64,000 bases of DNA from Saprospiraceae bacterium (GCA_027488935.1 JAIYAP010000052.1:18518-82517), one strand, 5' to 3'; positions 55,673-64,000 are shown, numbered from the stretch's first letter. Notes: a model not told the origin generated them from the sequence alone. Numbers and translations are program-made.

Positions 55673-56602
55673 ATGGCAGAAACTTCTGTTGACCACGCGC
55701 ACGACACGCACGAACATGTTGATGAATCCCAACGCTGGGAAGGTGCGGTATCGCCCTTTAGTGCGAGTTATGGTAAAATTATGATGTGGTACTTTCTGGT
55801 ATCGGATGCCTTTACTTTTGCGGGCTTCCTGATTGCTTATGGAGCACTGCGTTTTAGTATGCCTACCTGGCCTGAGCCAGATTTCGTATTTGCTTCTTTC
55901 CCTTTTGTTGATGCACATTGGCCGCTTATTTTCGTAACGTTTATGACGTTTGTACTGATCTTTAGCTCGGTTACAATGGTACGTGCGGTACAAGAAGGCC
56001 ACCGTGAAAATCAGCGTGGTGTTGTATTTTGGATGTTTTTAACCGTCCTTGGCGGTGCGACTTTCCTTGGTAGCCAGGCTTACGAATGGACGACCTTGAT
56101 CGTTAAAGAAAATGTAACGGTTACGCAAAATCCATTTGGTCGGCATATAGCAGATGGTGTTTATCTAAATGCGGATAAAAAAAAAAAAAAAAATGCAGAC
56201 GGAACGCCAAAAACATTTTTCAAGGATCAGAGCTATTTGATTCATATGCATGATGGCAAGCCGAGTGGTGTGGTTTACCATGATCCGGCACAACGTGGAG
56301 AAGGAATGACTGCTCACGAAAACCTGAAAATTAAGTACACTACAGGTGCCTATGCAGGGCAGGTGAAGGAAGCGGCCTTTGGTCCAAAAGCATTTGGTGC
56401 TTTATTTTTCTTCATTACGGGTTTCCACGGTTTCCACGTATTTTCCGGTGTATTGTTCCTTGCCATCATCATGGTTAATGCAGGAAGTGGCTTGTACGCT
56501 GCCCGCAAAAACGGTTATGAGATGGTAGAGAAGATTGGTTTGTACTGGCACTTTGTGGATTTGGTCTGGGTATTTGTATTCCTTGTTTTTTACCTGTTGT
56601 AA
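55673..56602 (+). CDS. Haem-copper oxidase subunit III family protein (long form with a soluble insertion)
   Basis: YWHFVDLVWVFVFLVFY. An insert of about 90 aa contains DKKKKKN, encoded by a 17-nt A run. Confidence 0.8.
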   Translation: MAETSVDHAHDTHEHVDESQRWEGAVSPFSASYGKIMMWYFLVSDAFTFAGFLIAYGALRFSMPTWPEPDFVFASFPFVDAHWPLIFVTFMTFVLIFSSVTMVRAVQEGHRENQRGVVFWMFLTVLGGATFLGSQAYEWTTLIVKENVTVTQNPFGRHIADGVYLNADKKKKKNADGTPKTFFKDQSYLIHMHDGKPSGVVYHDPAQRGEGMTAHENLKIKYTTGAYAGQVKEAAFGPKAFGALFFFITGFHGFHVFSGVLFLAIIMVNAGSGLYAARKNGYEMVEKIGLYWHFVDLVWVFVFLVFYLL

Positions 56603-56665
56603 ACAAACAGGTTGAAACACCTTGACTTCAATTTTTCTTTTAACTAACCTTATTGATTCAAAATA

Positions 56666-57109
56666 ATGGCTGAACATCAAACATACGAAGAAGCAAAAGC
56701 ACTCGTTTTCCGGGGCTTGATGTTGTTGGGTGCGATCACAATTGTAGAAGTAGTTGTAGCGCTCCTTGCGAAAGGTCACCTTATTCATGGTGTCAACTTT
56801 TCTCATGGTTTTGGGCATTACGTTTATATGTTGCTCATGATTGGGTTTTCAATTTACAAAGCCTATTTCATCATCTTTTTCTTCATGCACATGGCTTACG
56901 AGGTTCGGGGCTTGGTGATGAGTGTGCTGTTGCCTGTTTTGTTGTTGGTATGGGCTATCATTGCTTTCTTTAGCGAGGGCAGCTATTGGGGAAGAAGCCG
57001 GGAAAACATCCGTCAACGCAACGAAGAAACGGTAAAACCTGCTCCTGGTGGCAGTACCCAAGGTTATTACATTATTCCGGGTACGGAAAAGCAGGTAAAA
57101 CTGGGTTAA
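56666..57109 (+). CDS. Cytochrome c oxidase subunit IV-like small membrane protein
   Basis: 147 aa, 3 TM helices. Position directly after the cox3 genes. Confidence 0.55.
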   Translation: MAEHQTYEEAKALVFRGLMLLGAITIVEVVVALLAKGHLIHGVNFSHGFGHYVYMLLMIGFSIYKAYFIIFFFMHMAYEVRGLVMSVLLPVLLLVWAIIAFFSEGSYWGRSRENIRQRNEETVKPAPGGSTQGYYIIPGTEKQVKLG

Positions 57110-57172
57110 TTGGTTGACCTCAACCTGGGTTTCAACAGAAAGTTTTGAAACCTTTACAGGCTAAAATATAGT

Positions 57173-57202
57173 AAGGCGAGGCAACTAAACCTCGCCTTTT
57201 TT
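57173..57202 (+). terminator. Intrinsic terminator after the act/cox operon
   Basis: aaggcgagg, loop caactaaa, cctcgcctt, then tttt. Confidence 0.8.
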
Positions 57203-57225
57203 GTTTTTGTAACACGATTTGAACT

Positions 57226-57852
57226 ATGAGTCAGGAAAAAGAAAAAGTAACTAACAAGCGGAAATTGATCATTTTCGCCGCGATGTTTTTGATCTTCGTT
57301 GCATTACCAGGCATGTCTTGGTATTATTTGAGTTCTGGGCTAACCTGGCATAAAAAAGCCTATGCGGAGTTGGGTAACTATGGCAAAATACGCCCTGCAT
57401 TTATCATTTACCCGGATGGCGAAAAGCGCGATCAGTTAAAGGAAAAGGTGGTTGTATTGCACATATTTGGAGAAAATCCTGATATATCGCCTGTTAACCA
57501 GAAGATATTGGATACAGGAGAAAACCTGTTCAATCAATTTGGCAAGAACTACATGTTTACCTTTTGTATGATCAAAGAGGGTGGGGGAACTGCGGAGTTT
57601 AAAACCTATGCGCAGACGCGTCCAAGTTCGGATTTTGCTACCTGGGTATGGACAGGAGGATTGGGGTCTTGGCGCACGATACTCGAAAACGGTTATGAAT
57701 CTTTTAGCCTCGCTTCGGGTACGCCTGCTGTAAAAGAATATTATGCTTTATGCGATACTTCTGGGACCATACGGCGGTTTTACAATGCGGAGGATGATCA
57801 TGAGATTGGCCGCATGGTTGAACACATTGCCATGTTGTTGCCCAAGCAGTAA
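57226..57852 (+). CDS. Sco/SenC-like thioredoxin-fold membrane-anchored protein lacking the CxxxC copper site
   Basis: N-terminal TM anchor. HIFGENPDISPV aligns with the Sco consensus FGxTxCPDxCP, with both Cys replaced. Sits in a cox-assembly gene neighbourhood. Confidence 0.5.
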   Translation: MSQEKEKVTNKRKLIIFAAMFLIFVALPGMSWYYLSSGLTWHKKAYAELGNYGKIRPAFIIYPDGEKRDQLKEKVVVLHIFGENPDISPVNQKILDTGENLFNQFGKNYMFTFCMIKEGGGTAEFKTYAQTRPSSDFATWVWTGGLGSWRTILENGYESFSLASGTPAVKEYYALCDTSGTIRRFYNAEDDHEIGRMVEHIAMLLPKQ

Positions 57853-57893
57853 TGCATACTTTCATTCATTGATTTCACTTTTTTGGTTTTAAT

Positions 57894-58421
57894 ATGGCTG
57901 ATATTCAGTTAGAAAAGAAATTAAACACGGTTGCATACATTGTATCTGCAGCGGTGCTCTTGCTGGTGGTTGCCATGCGCCGCTACAAAATAAATTTGGG
58001 GGTAGATTTTAGTTTTCTGCCGCCATTTCATGCGAGTTTGAACGCTCTTACGGCCGTCATTTTGCTTGTAGCGCTTTATTTTATCAAAAACAAGCAGGTT
58101 GAAAACCACCGTAAGGCTATTTACGTGGCTATGATCACCTCGGGCTTGTTTTTATTGTCTTATGTGCTCTATCATTTTACGACGCCGGAAACGCGCTATG
58201 GGGGCGAAGGACCGCTACGGATGGTTTACTTTTTCCTATTGTTGACGCATATTTTTTTAGCGGCAACTTCTCTACCCTTTATCCTGCTTACCTTCATTCG
58301 CGCCTATACCAATCAATTTGAGCGCCACCGCAAGATGGCGCGTTGGGTTTTCCCAATTTGGCTATACGTTGCCATAACAGGTCCAATATGTTACCTGATG
58401 CTGATGCCTTATTATAAATAG
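57894..58421 (+). CDS. DUF420 (CtaM-like) membrane protein
   Basis: 175 aa, 4-5 TM helices. Cox-cluster context. Confidence 0.5.
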   Translation: MADIQLEKKLNTVAYIVSAAVLLLVVAMRRYKINLGVDFSFLPPFHASLNALTAVILLVALYFIKNKQVENHRKAIYVAMITSGLFLLSYVLYHFTTPETRYGGEGPLRMVYFFLLLTHIFLAATSLPFILLTFIRAYTNQFERHRKMARWVFPIWLYVAITGPICYLMLMPYYK

Positions 58422-58453
58422 GCAAGCACTGCTCACTTTAAAATTGATAAACT

Positions 58454-58696
58454 ATGCAGACCAATCAGTTATTTAAAATTTCTGTAATCGTTGTGGTTTT
58501 GTTGATGATCGCGGCGCTTTCTGATCCCCTTTTTGCACAATGTGCAATGTGTAAAGCATCTTCAGAGTCAAATTTGAAAGCGGGTGGTGGCGATCCAGTT
58601 GGGTTGAATGCCGGTATTTTGTATATGCTTTCTCTTCCTTATTTGATTGTAGGTGGCATTGCAATTTGGTGGTGGCGCAACCGGAAACAGGACTAG
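58454..58696 (+). CDS. Small secreted/membrane-anchored protein with CxxC motif
   Basis: 80 aa. Signal peptide ending FAQ, immediately followed by CAMC. C-terminal TM helix and basic tail. Confidence 0.5.
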   Translation: MQTNQLFKISVIVVVLLMIAALSDPLFAQCAMCKASSESNLKAGGGDPVGLNAGILYMLSLPYLIVGGIAIWWWRNRKQD

Positions 58697-59025
58697 GAAG
58701 TCCGAATAAGTTTAAGTTTTTTCCAATCCTGCCGAAACCACAGAAACCATTGGTAGGCGAGCAGGGGGAATACAATAAAGGCAAGTATATTAAAATAGTA
58801 TGCTTCAGCAAACTCGAAGTGGATCAGGTGCATCAGCGCACGCGTTAGTCCACATGCATAGCATTCCTGCTTAAATAATAGGATCGAGAGGCAAATTGAT
58901 TGTCCCTGATCGAAAAAATCGGCCGGTAATACGAGGAGTATTACCGGCACGATGATCCAGAAAGCGATGCGCACATAGTGCCAGTATTTCCGGAAATTAG
59001 AGCGTGGATTCATACTCCCTGCCAC
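58693..59025 (-). CDS. DUF2752 domain membrane protein
   Basis: LPADFFDQGQSICLS...ECYACGLTRALMHL matches the DUF2752 Cys/GxTRA signature. Confidence 0.7.
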   Translation of the reverse strand: MAGSMNPRSNFRKYWHYVRIAFWIIVPVILLVLPADFFDQGQSICLSILLFKQECYACGLTRALMHLIHFEFAEAYYFNILAFIVFPLLAYQWFLWFRQDWKKLKLIRTS

Positions 59026-59485
59026 GGCTTGGTTTTAGATTACCAAAAACAATGCGGAAAAAGTCAATGATCCACCATATTCCGCAGCCACCAAAAGTAA
59101 GCAATTGAATAACGCCAATGAGTGGGTAGCCTAGGTAGAAACGGTGAACACCCAAGACGCCAACGAATATAACTAATAGTATAGCGATCAGTTGATCTTT
59201 TCCATTACCAGACTGGCCATCTTTAGCCAATTCTTTTTTAATGGTGTGTTGGAGTGCTTTTAAAGCAACCACTTCTTTAAAATGCAGGCGTTGACCGGTG
59301 ATTTGTTTAACCTGGGAGGGGGTAATCTTGACGAAATCGGATACAGACATTTGGCTTATTTGAGTAGGGAGGCCAGATGCTTTTACTTTTAAGGCAAGTT
59401 GGGCATTAGAATATTTTGCTGCGGTATTCGCAAGCATAGGTGTAAGGAACATTCCGAGGAATGCCAGCATAATCAAGTGTTTCAT
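58997..59485 (-). CDS. Secreted N-domain protein with C-terminal TM2 domain
   Basis: Signal peptide MKHLIMLAFLGMFLTPMLA. ITPSQVKQITGQRL domain. TM2-type tail GVLGVHRFYLGYPLIGVIQLLTFGGCGIWWIIDFF. Confidence 0.7.
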   Translation of the reverse strand: MKHLIMLAFLGMFLTPMLANTAAKYSNAQLALKVKASGLPTQISQMSVSDFVKITPSQVKQITGQRLHFKEVVALKALQHTIKKELAKDGQSGNGKDQLIAILLVIFVGVLGVHRFYLGYPLIGVIQLLTFGGCGIWWIIDFFRIVFGNLKPSRGREYESTL

Positions 59486-59498
59486 AGACTGGAAAATT

Positions 59499-59825
59499 TT
59501 AATGAAGATCAGTTGGTGCAGGAGTTGGTTTTTCCAATACTTTGATGATGGCATTTTTAATCCAAAATACCCAAAAGGCGCCCAGCACAGGTGCGAGCAA
59601 TAAACTAGCTTTGTTAAAATAAATAGCGCTGTCGAAGTCGAGGTGCACCAGGTGCATGACTGCTCTTGTCATACCGCAGCCGTAGCATTCGATGTCAAAA
59701 AAGCGCTTGGAAGGGCAGATTGTGGGACCATAATCGAAATAGTCCGCAGGTAAAATCAATACAATAACCGGTGTTAGAATTAAAAACACCAAGTATGCAT
59801 AATCGAATAACTTTCCGGTTTTCAT
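59499..59825 (-). CDS. DUF2752 domain membrane protein (paralog)
   Basis: LPADYFDYGPTICPS...ECYGCGMTRAVMHL. Confidence 0.7.
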   Translation of the reverse strand: MKTGKLFDYAYLVFLILTPVIVLILPADYFDYGPTICPSKRFFDIECYGCGMTRAVMHLVHLDFDSAIYFNKASLLLAPVLGAFWVFWIKNAIIKVLEKPTPAPTDLH

Positions 59826-59888
59826 ATTGCTTTTTCAAAATGCATTGGCGCAACGATACGTCGCGCCAATGCGATGACTTACAAAAAA

Positions 59889-60368
59889 TTACTTGTAGTA
59901 GTCTTTCATTTTAACAAGTGCATGGATGAAACCAGGCAACCAGCAAAGTGCAGTCAGGATCAAGTTAATGATCCAATCATTGCCGGACCAGTCAGATTTC
60001 AAGCCCATAACCAACCAAGCAAGACCAAAGAAAGCCAAAAGGATGTAAACACCTTTTGTGATGCCATCACCTGCTGTTCCAACAGGAGAGATCGTGGCGT
60101 TTTTCATTTCGTGCTTAACTTTCACCTGAGCAGCTTTCAGCGCCAAAGAGTTTTTCAAACCAAGGCGTTGGCCAGTGATTTTTTTGTACTCAGCTGGAGT
60201 GATTTCAAGGAATTTGTCCATTCCAAGTTTAACCAACTGTGGGTCAATTGCTTTGATGTCAGAAGCGCTGCTGCACTCAGACAGCGGGGTGTTCACTGCT
60301 GCGATTTCAGCATTTGCCATTGTTGCTACGAACAGGAGGCACACAAACGAAAGGATGAGTTGTTTCAT
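59889..60368 (-). CDS. Secreted N-domain protein with C-terminal Pmp3/YqaE-like two-helix tail
   Basis: Signal peptide MKQLILSFVCLLFVATMANA. ITPAEYKKITGQRL domain. The tail ...INLILTALCWLPGFIHALV resembles the UPF0057/Pmp3 motif. Confidence 0.6.
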   Translation of the reverse strand: MKQLILSFVCLLFVATMANAEIAAVNTPLSECSSASDIKAIDPQLVKLGMDKFLEITPAEYKKITGQRLGLKNSLALKAAQVKVKHEMKNATISPVGTAGDGITKGVYILLAFFGLAWLVMGLKSDWSGNDWIINLILTALCWLPGFIHALVKMKDYYK

Positions 60369-60452
60369 GCAGTTAATAATTAGAATTTAATGCCTACTCG
60401 ATTAGGGCTTTTCGGCTTCGGCCCGGGATTGGTTCCTGATGAACCCGATGCG

Positions 60453-60460
60453 CAAATTTA
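60453..60460 (-). promoter_or_regulatory. Candidate -7 box (TAAATTTG on the minus strand) for the four-gene membrane operon
   Basis: The plus strand reads CAAATTTA, about 85 nt upstream of the ATG at 60368. Confidence 0.35.
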
Positions 60461-60591
60461 GACGATAAAATGATAAATTCGTTTGAGGGGCATAAAATTT
60501 GTGATCATTTTAACGCGCTTGTAAATTGGGGCGTTGTGTTTTGGCGTCGTGGTGTAAAATTCGGAACTTCGCCCGACCTTAAGTTGATTCT

Positions 60592-61056
60592 ATGAAAATT
60601 GCTGTTTTTCCTGGGTCTTTTGATCCGATTACCACGGGCCACGTTGATTTAGTCAGGCGGGCATTGCCACTTTTTGATAAAATCATCATCGCGGTTGGCG
60701 TGAATTCCACAAAAAAGTACCTGTTTCCGCTCGAGCAACGTTTGGCTTGGTTGCGGGTTGTATTTGACAGTTATCCCACAGTTGGGGTGGATCAGTTCCA
60801 AAACTTGACGGCCCATTACTGTCAGCGGATCGGTGCCCGGTACTTGTTGCGCGGACTTCGAAACGCTTCTGATTTTGATTACGAAAAGACCATTTCGCAG
60901 TTGAATCATATTGTAGGTGGCGGCATTGAAACCGTATTTTTGATTGCCCAGCCAGAATTTTCTCACATAAGCAGTACGATCGTGCGGGAAATCATTGTAG
61001 GGGGAGCGGATGCAACTCCTTTTATACCCTCCGAGATAAAAATTGAATTGCAGTAA
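60592..61056 (+). CDS. coaD: Pantetheine-phosphate adenylyltransferase
   Basis: MKIAVFPGSFDPITTGHVDLV. 154 aa. Confidence 0.95.
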   Translation: MKIAVFPGSFDPITTGHVDLVRRALPLFDKIIIAVGVNSTKKYLFPLEQRLAWLRVVFDSYPTVGVDQFQNLTAHYCQRIGARYLLRGLRNASDFDYEKTISQLNHIVGGGIETVFLIAQPEFSHISSTIVREIIVGGADATPFIPSEIKIELQ

Positions 61057-61110
61057 TGTTTCATTGCGGCATGCAAGATTACCTATCCAAATTTATAAAA
61101 CCATTTCAAA

Positions 61111-62742
61111 ATGACTGATGCAATATTCACCGTTCCACGTCCAGTGAATGAACCGGTGCTCAATTACGCGCCGGGTTCTGCGGAAAAAGCGGCCTTAAAA
61201 GCGGCCTTAGCAGCTGCCCACAGCAATTCCAGCGATATCCCGATGTACATTGGTGGTGCTGAGGTATTTACCGACGCAAAAGTTGCCATGCATCCGCCGC
61301 ATGCGTTAAAGCAGCACCTGGGCCATTATTCAAAGGGTAATGCAAGCCATGTTACCGCCGCCATTGATGCTGCGCTGGCTGCAAAACCGAGTTGGGAAGC
61401 CATGCCTTGGCAGGAGCGTGCCGCTATTTTTTTACGGGCAGCCGATCTGTTAACCGGGCCATACCGGGCAAAAATGGCTGCTGCGACCATGCTGTGCCAA
61501 AGCAAAAATGCATATCAGGCTGAGATAGACTGTATTTGTGAATTGGCTGATTTTTGGCGTTACAATGTGTATTTTATGGAAGAGATATACAAAGTGCAGC
61601 CTTTGAGCACAAAAAACACCTGGAATCGGACCGATTGGCGTCCGCTAGAGGGGTTTGTATTTGCGTTGACACCTTTCAATTTTACGGCGATTGCGGGTAA
61701 TTTGCCTTCCGCACCCGCGATGTTGGGCAATGTAGCGGTATGGAAGCCTGCTGAAACTCAAATTTATTCGGCAGCGGTCATCATGGAAATCTTGCAGGAA
61801 GCGGGTTTGCCAGCAGGCGTTATTAATTTGGTGTATGTAGATGGTCCGACCGTTGGTGAGATCGTCTTTAAGCACCCAGATTTTGCGGGTTTGCATTTCA
61901 CAGGAAGTACGGGCGTTTTTCAGCGTTTATGGAAAACAATCGGAGAGAATTTGCCCTTATATCGAACCTATCCGCGTATTGTGGGAGAAACGGGTGGTAA
62001 AGATTTTGTGATGGTGCATGCTTCTGCCGATGCAAAAGCGGTTGCGGTTGGTTTAGTGCGCGGTGCTTTTGAGTATCAAGGTCAGAAGTGTTCGGCAGCC
62101 TCACGTGCGTACGTGCCTGAAAGTTTGTGGCCTGCAGTAAAAACAAACATGCTGGCGGATTTAGCCGACATAAAAATGGGTACGGTTGAAGATTTTAGCC
62201 ATTTTATCAACGCAGTTATTGATGAACGGTCTTTTGACAAGATTGCCGCTTATATAACGGCTGCCAAACAATCGGATAAAGTAGAAGTGATTGCAGGTGG
62301 AAATTTTGATAAAAGCGAGGGTTATTTTATCGAACCAACGGTTTTATTGGTATCCGATCCGAGTTATGTGACCATGTGTGAGGAAATTTTTGGTCCGGTA
62401 CTCAGTATTTATGTTTACCCGGATGCGGAATTTGGATCGACCCTTGATTTAGTAAACAGCACTTCTCCCTATGCATTAACCGGCGCTATTTTTGCCCGTG
62501 ATCGGGATGCGTTGGCGTTGGCGAACAGCAAGTTGCGTCATGCGGCGGGCAATTATTACGTCAATGATAAGCCTACCGGGGCAGTAGTTGGGCAACAGCC
62601 ATTTGGCGGCGGCCGTGCTTCAGGCACAAATGACAAGGCAGGTTCGATATTGAATATGTATCGGTGGTTGTCGCCGCGTACGATCAAGGAAACCTTGGTG
62701 TCGCCTACTGACTATCGGTATCCATTTATGTTAGAATCGTAG
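61111..62742 (+). CDS. pruA: L-glutamate gamma-semialdehyde (1-pyrroline-5-carboxylate) dehydrogenase
   Basis: 543 aa. Aldehyde dehydrogenase motifs ETGGKDF and GQKCSAASR, plus EIFGPVL. Confidence 0.9.
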   Translation: MTDAIFTVPRPVNEPVLNYAPGSAEKAALKAALAAAHSNSSDIPMYIGGAEVFTDAKVAMHPPHALKQHLGHYSKGNASHVTAAIDAALAAKPSWEAMPWQERAAIFLRAADLLTGPYRAKMAAATMLCQSKNAYQAEIDCICELADFWRYNVYFMEEIYKVQPLSTKNTWNRTDWRPLEGFVFALTPFNFTAIAGNLPSAPAMLGNVAVWKPAETQIYSAAVIMEILQEAGLPAGVINLVYVDGPTVGEIVFKHPDFAGLHFTGSTGVFQRLWKTIGENLPLYRTYPRIVGETGGKDFVMVHASADAKAVAVGLVRGAFEYQGQKCSAASRAYVPESLWPAVKTNMLADLADIKMGTVEDFSHFINAVIDERSFDKIAAYITAAKQSDKVEVIAGGNFDKSEGYFIEPTVLLVSDPSYVTMCEEIFGPVLSIYVYPDAEFGSTLDLVNSTSPYALTGAIFARDRDALALANSKLRHAAGNYYVNDKPTGAVVGQQPFGGGRASGTNDKAGSILNMYRWLSPRTIKETLVSPTDYRYPFMLES

Positions 62743-62768
62743 GGAGTCTTAAAAAAGGCAATAAAAAA

Positions 62769-62800
62769 GCGGCGCTCGGAATTAACCGAGTGCCGCTTTT
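62769..62800. terminator. Bidirectional intrinsic terminator between pruA and rplS
   Basis: gcggcgctcgg, loop aattaa, ccgagtgccgc. Flanked by A-rich sequence upstream and tttt downstream. Confidence 0.8.
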
Positions 62801-62822
62801 GCAAGTTTGCGCAGCGAAAAAA

Positions 62823-63194
62823 TCAATTATCGTTGCTGGTATATTTCAATTCCTTGATACGTGCTTTTTTACCAACCAATCCACGGAGGTAGTACAGGCG
62901 TGCACGACGTACGCGACCGCGCTTGATCACCTGAATGGCAGCGATATTTGGGTTAGAGAAGGCGAAGATACGCTCAACACCAACGCCATGGGAAATTTTG
63001 CGAACGGTGAACGTGCGGGTCAATGCATGGCCTTTGATTTGAATCACGTCGCCACGATAATCCTGCTCACGGGTTTTGTCACCCTCTACAATTTTATAGG
63101 TCACGATGATGGTATCGCCCGTTTTGAAACTAGGAAACGCCGGCTTTGTCAGCAGTTGGTCCTGTACAAACTGAATTGCTTCCAATTCTTTCAT
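62823..63194 (-). CDS. rplS: 50S ribosomal protein L19
   Basis: 123 aa. FKTGDTIIVTYKIVEGDKTREQDYRGDVIQIKG and VRKISHGVGVERIF. Confidence 0.95.
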   Translation of the reverse strand: MKELEAIQFVQDQLLTKPAFPSFKTGDTIIVTYKIVEGDKTREQDYRGDVIQIKGHALTRTFTVRKISHGVGVERIFAFSNPNIAAIQVIKRGRVRRARLYYLRGLVGKKARIKELKYTSNDN

Positions 63195-63468
63195 TGTAAT
63201 ATTATGTTTATGGTACTTCCAAAATTTAGAGGCGCAAAGGTATATCTATTTGCCAGGAAATTAAAACAATCCCTGTAAAAAGTTTAAAAATTCTTTATGG
63301 TTTATAAATTCATTCGATTTGGGTGCTTCAAATGCCTGGTTGGGGGGCTGTTTTTCCGGGTTGGGTGTTTAAAATGTTAATTTAGTGTTACGACACTTGT
63401 TTTTATGACATCAAAAATGTGTATCTTTGCAGTACAAAAAGTTCTTAAATCACATTAAAATTAAAACA

Positions 63469-64000
63469 ATGAAAAAATTTCTTTTCCTCCCATTGTTGGC
63501 TATTCTTGCGATGGCAGCAATTGCTCCAGTAAATTACAACGTTGACACCAATGCAAGCGTTATTGTTTGGACAGGTTACAAAGTTACCGGCCAACACACG
63601 GGCACAGTGAAAGTGAAAAATGGTACCGTACAGTTTACAGATGGCAAATTGAGTGGTGGTTCATTTGACATTGACATGACGACCATTAAGGATACCGATA
63701 TGGAAGGCGAGTATGCTACGAAATTAGTTGGCCACTTGTCTAGTGAAGACTTTTTTGGTGTAGCGAAATTCCCTACATCAAAATTTGTCATCACCCGCGC
63801 CATTCCACAAGATAGCAAAGGCAACTACAAAATCATCGGTAACTTGACGATTAAAGAAACGACCAAAGAGGTGAAGTTTCTTGCTGCCGTTACTGATAGC
63901 GGCAACAAAGTAACTGCTTCTGGCAAAATCATTGTTGACCGTTCTGAGTTCAATGTTAAGTATGGTTCAGGTTCTTTCTTTGATGGTTTGGGCGATAAAA
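63469..64000 (+). CDS. YceI-like polyisoprenoid-binding periplasmic protein, 3' end outside the window
   Basis: My own translation from ATG 63469: MKKFLFLPLLAILAMA...YNVDTNASVIVWTGYKVTGQHTGTVKVKNG...GHLSSEDFFGVAKFPTSKF...NLTIKETTKEV. The frame is open to the window end. TATCTTTG box at 63422-63429. Confidence 0.75.
   Translation, partial: MKKFLFLPLLAILAMAAIAPVNYNVDTNASVIVWTGYKVTGQHTGTVKVKNGTVQFTDGKLSGGSFDIDMTTIKDTDMEGEYATKLVGHLSSEDFFGVAKFPTSKFVITRAIPQDSKGNYKIIGNLTIKETTKEVKFLAAVTDSGNKVTASGKIIVDRSEFNVKYGSGSFFDGLGDK

Noticed and set aside
1-64000. Search for mobile elements, prophage, defence islands, tRNA or rRNA genes.
   Set aside because: No integrase, transposase, recombinase, restriction-modification, toxin-antitoxin or cas-like motifs were recognised in any ORF. 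No tRNA-like T-arm (GGTTCGAATCC-type) or rRNA sequence was seen in the intergenic regions. No flanking direct repeats or abrupt compositional islands were seen.

Overview
The window looks like a Bacteroidota chromosomal segment. Support comes from type-A T9SS C-terminal sorting domains, TAnnTTTG -7 promoter boxes, phylum-typical DUF4199, DUF2480 and DUF2752 families, and an alternative complex III cluster fused to an aa3 oxidase cluster. It is mostly housekeeping and respiratory. I called 51 protein genes: three large T9SS cargo paralogs, prpE and acs, two sensor kinases, lysS, scpB, an ABC exporter operon, an ABC-F ATPase, msrA, an HDAC-Pat acetylation pair, actABCDEF, coxB, coxA, ctaB, cox3, cox3, cox4 and assembly genes, a duplicated TM2/DUF2752 cluster, coaD, pruA, rplS and a partial yceI-like gene. 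I found no rRNA, tRNA, CRISPR array, transposase, integrase, prophage or recognisable defence island, so I cannot point to a clear-cut novel system. The most interesting candidates are: (1) a ~59-bp promoter/operator module shared at about 90% identity by prpE and acs, in the same window as a translationally coupled HDAC-type deacetylase and Pat-type acetyltransferase; (2) a duplicated two-gene membrane module, with a shared N-domain fused to TM2 or Pmp3-like tails plus DUF2752; (3) unusual decorations of the respiratory cluster: a CoxB-OmpA fusion, a His-rich insert in ActF, a 17-nt poly(A) inside a cox3 gene, and a Cys-less Sco-like protein; (4) a His-rich 31-codon sORF with a terminator upstream of an ABC exporter; (5) two unusual repeat structures, a REP-like palindrome cluster and a ~100-nt hairpin built from tandem heptamers. 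All functional calls come from motif recognition by eye. No database search was run.
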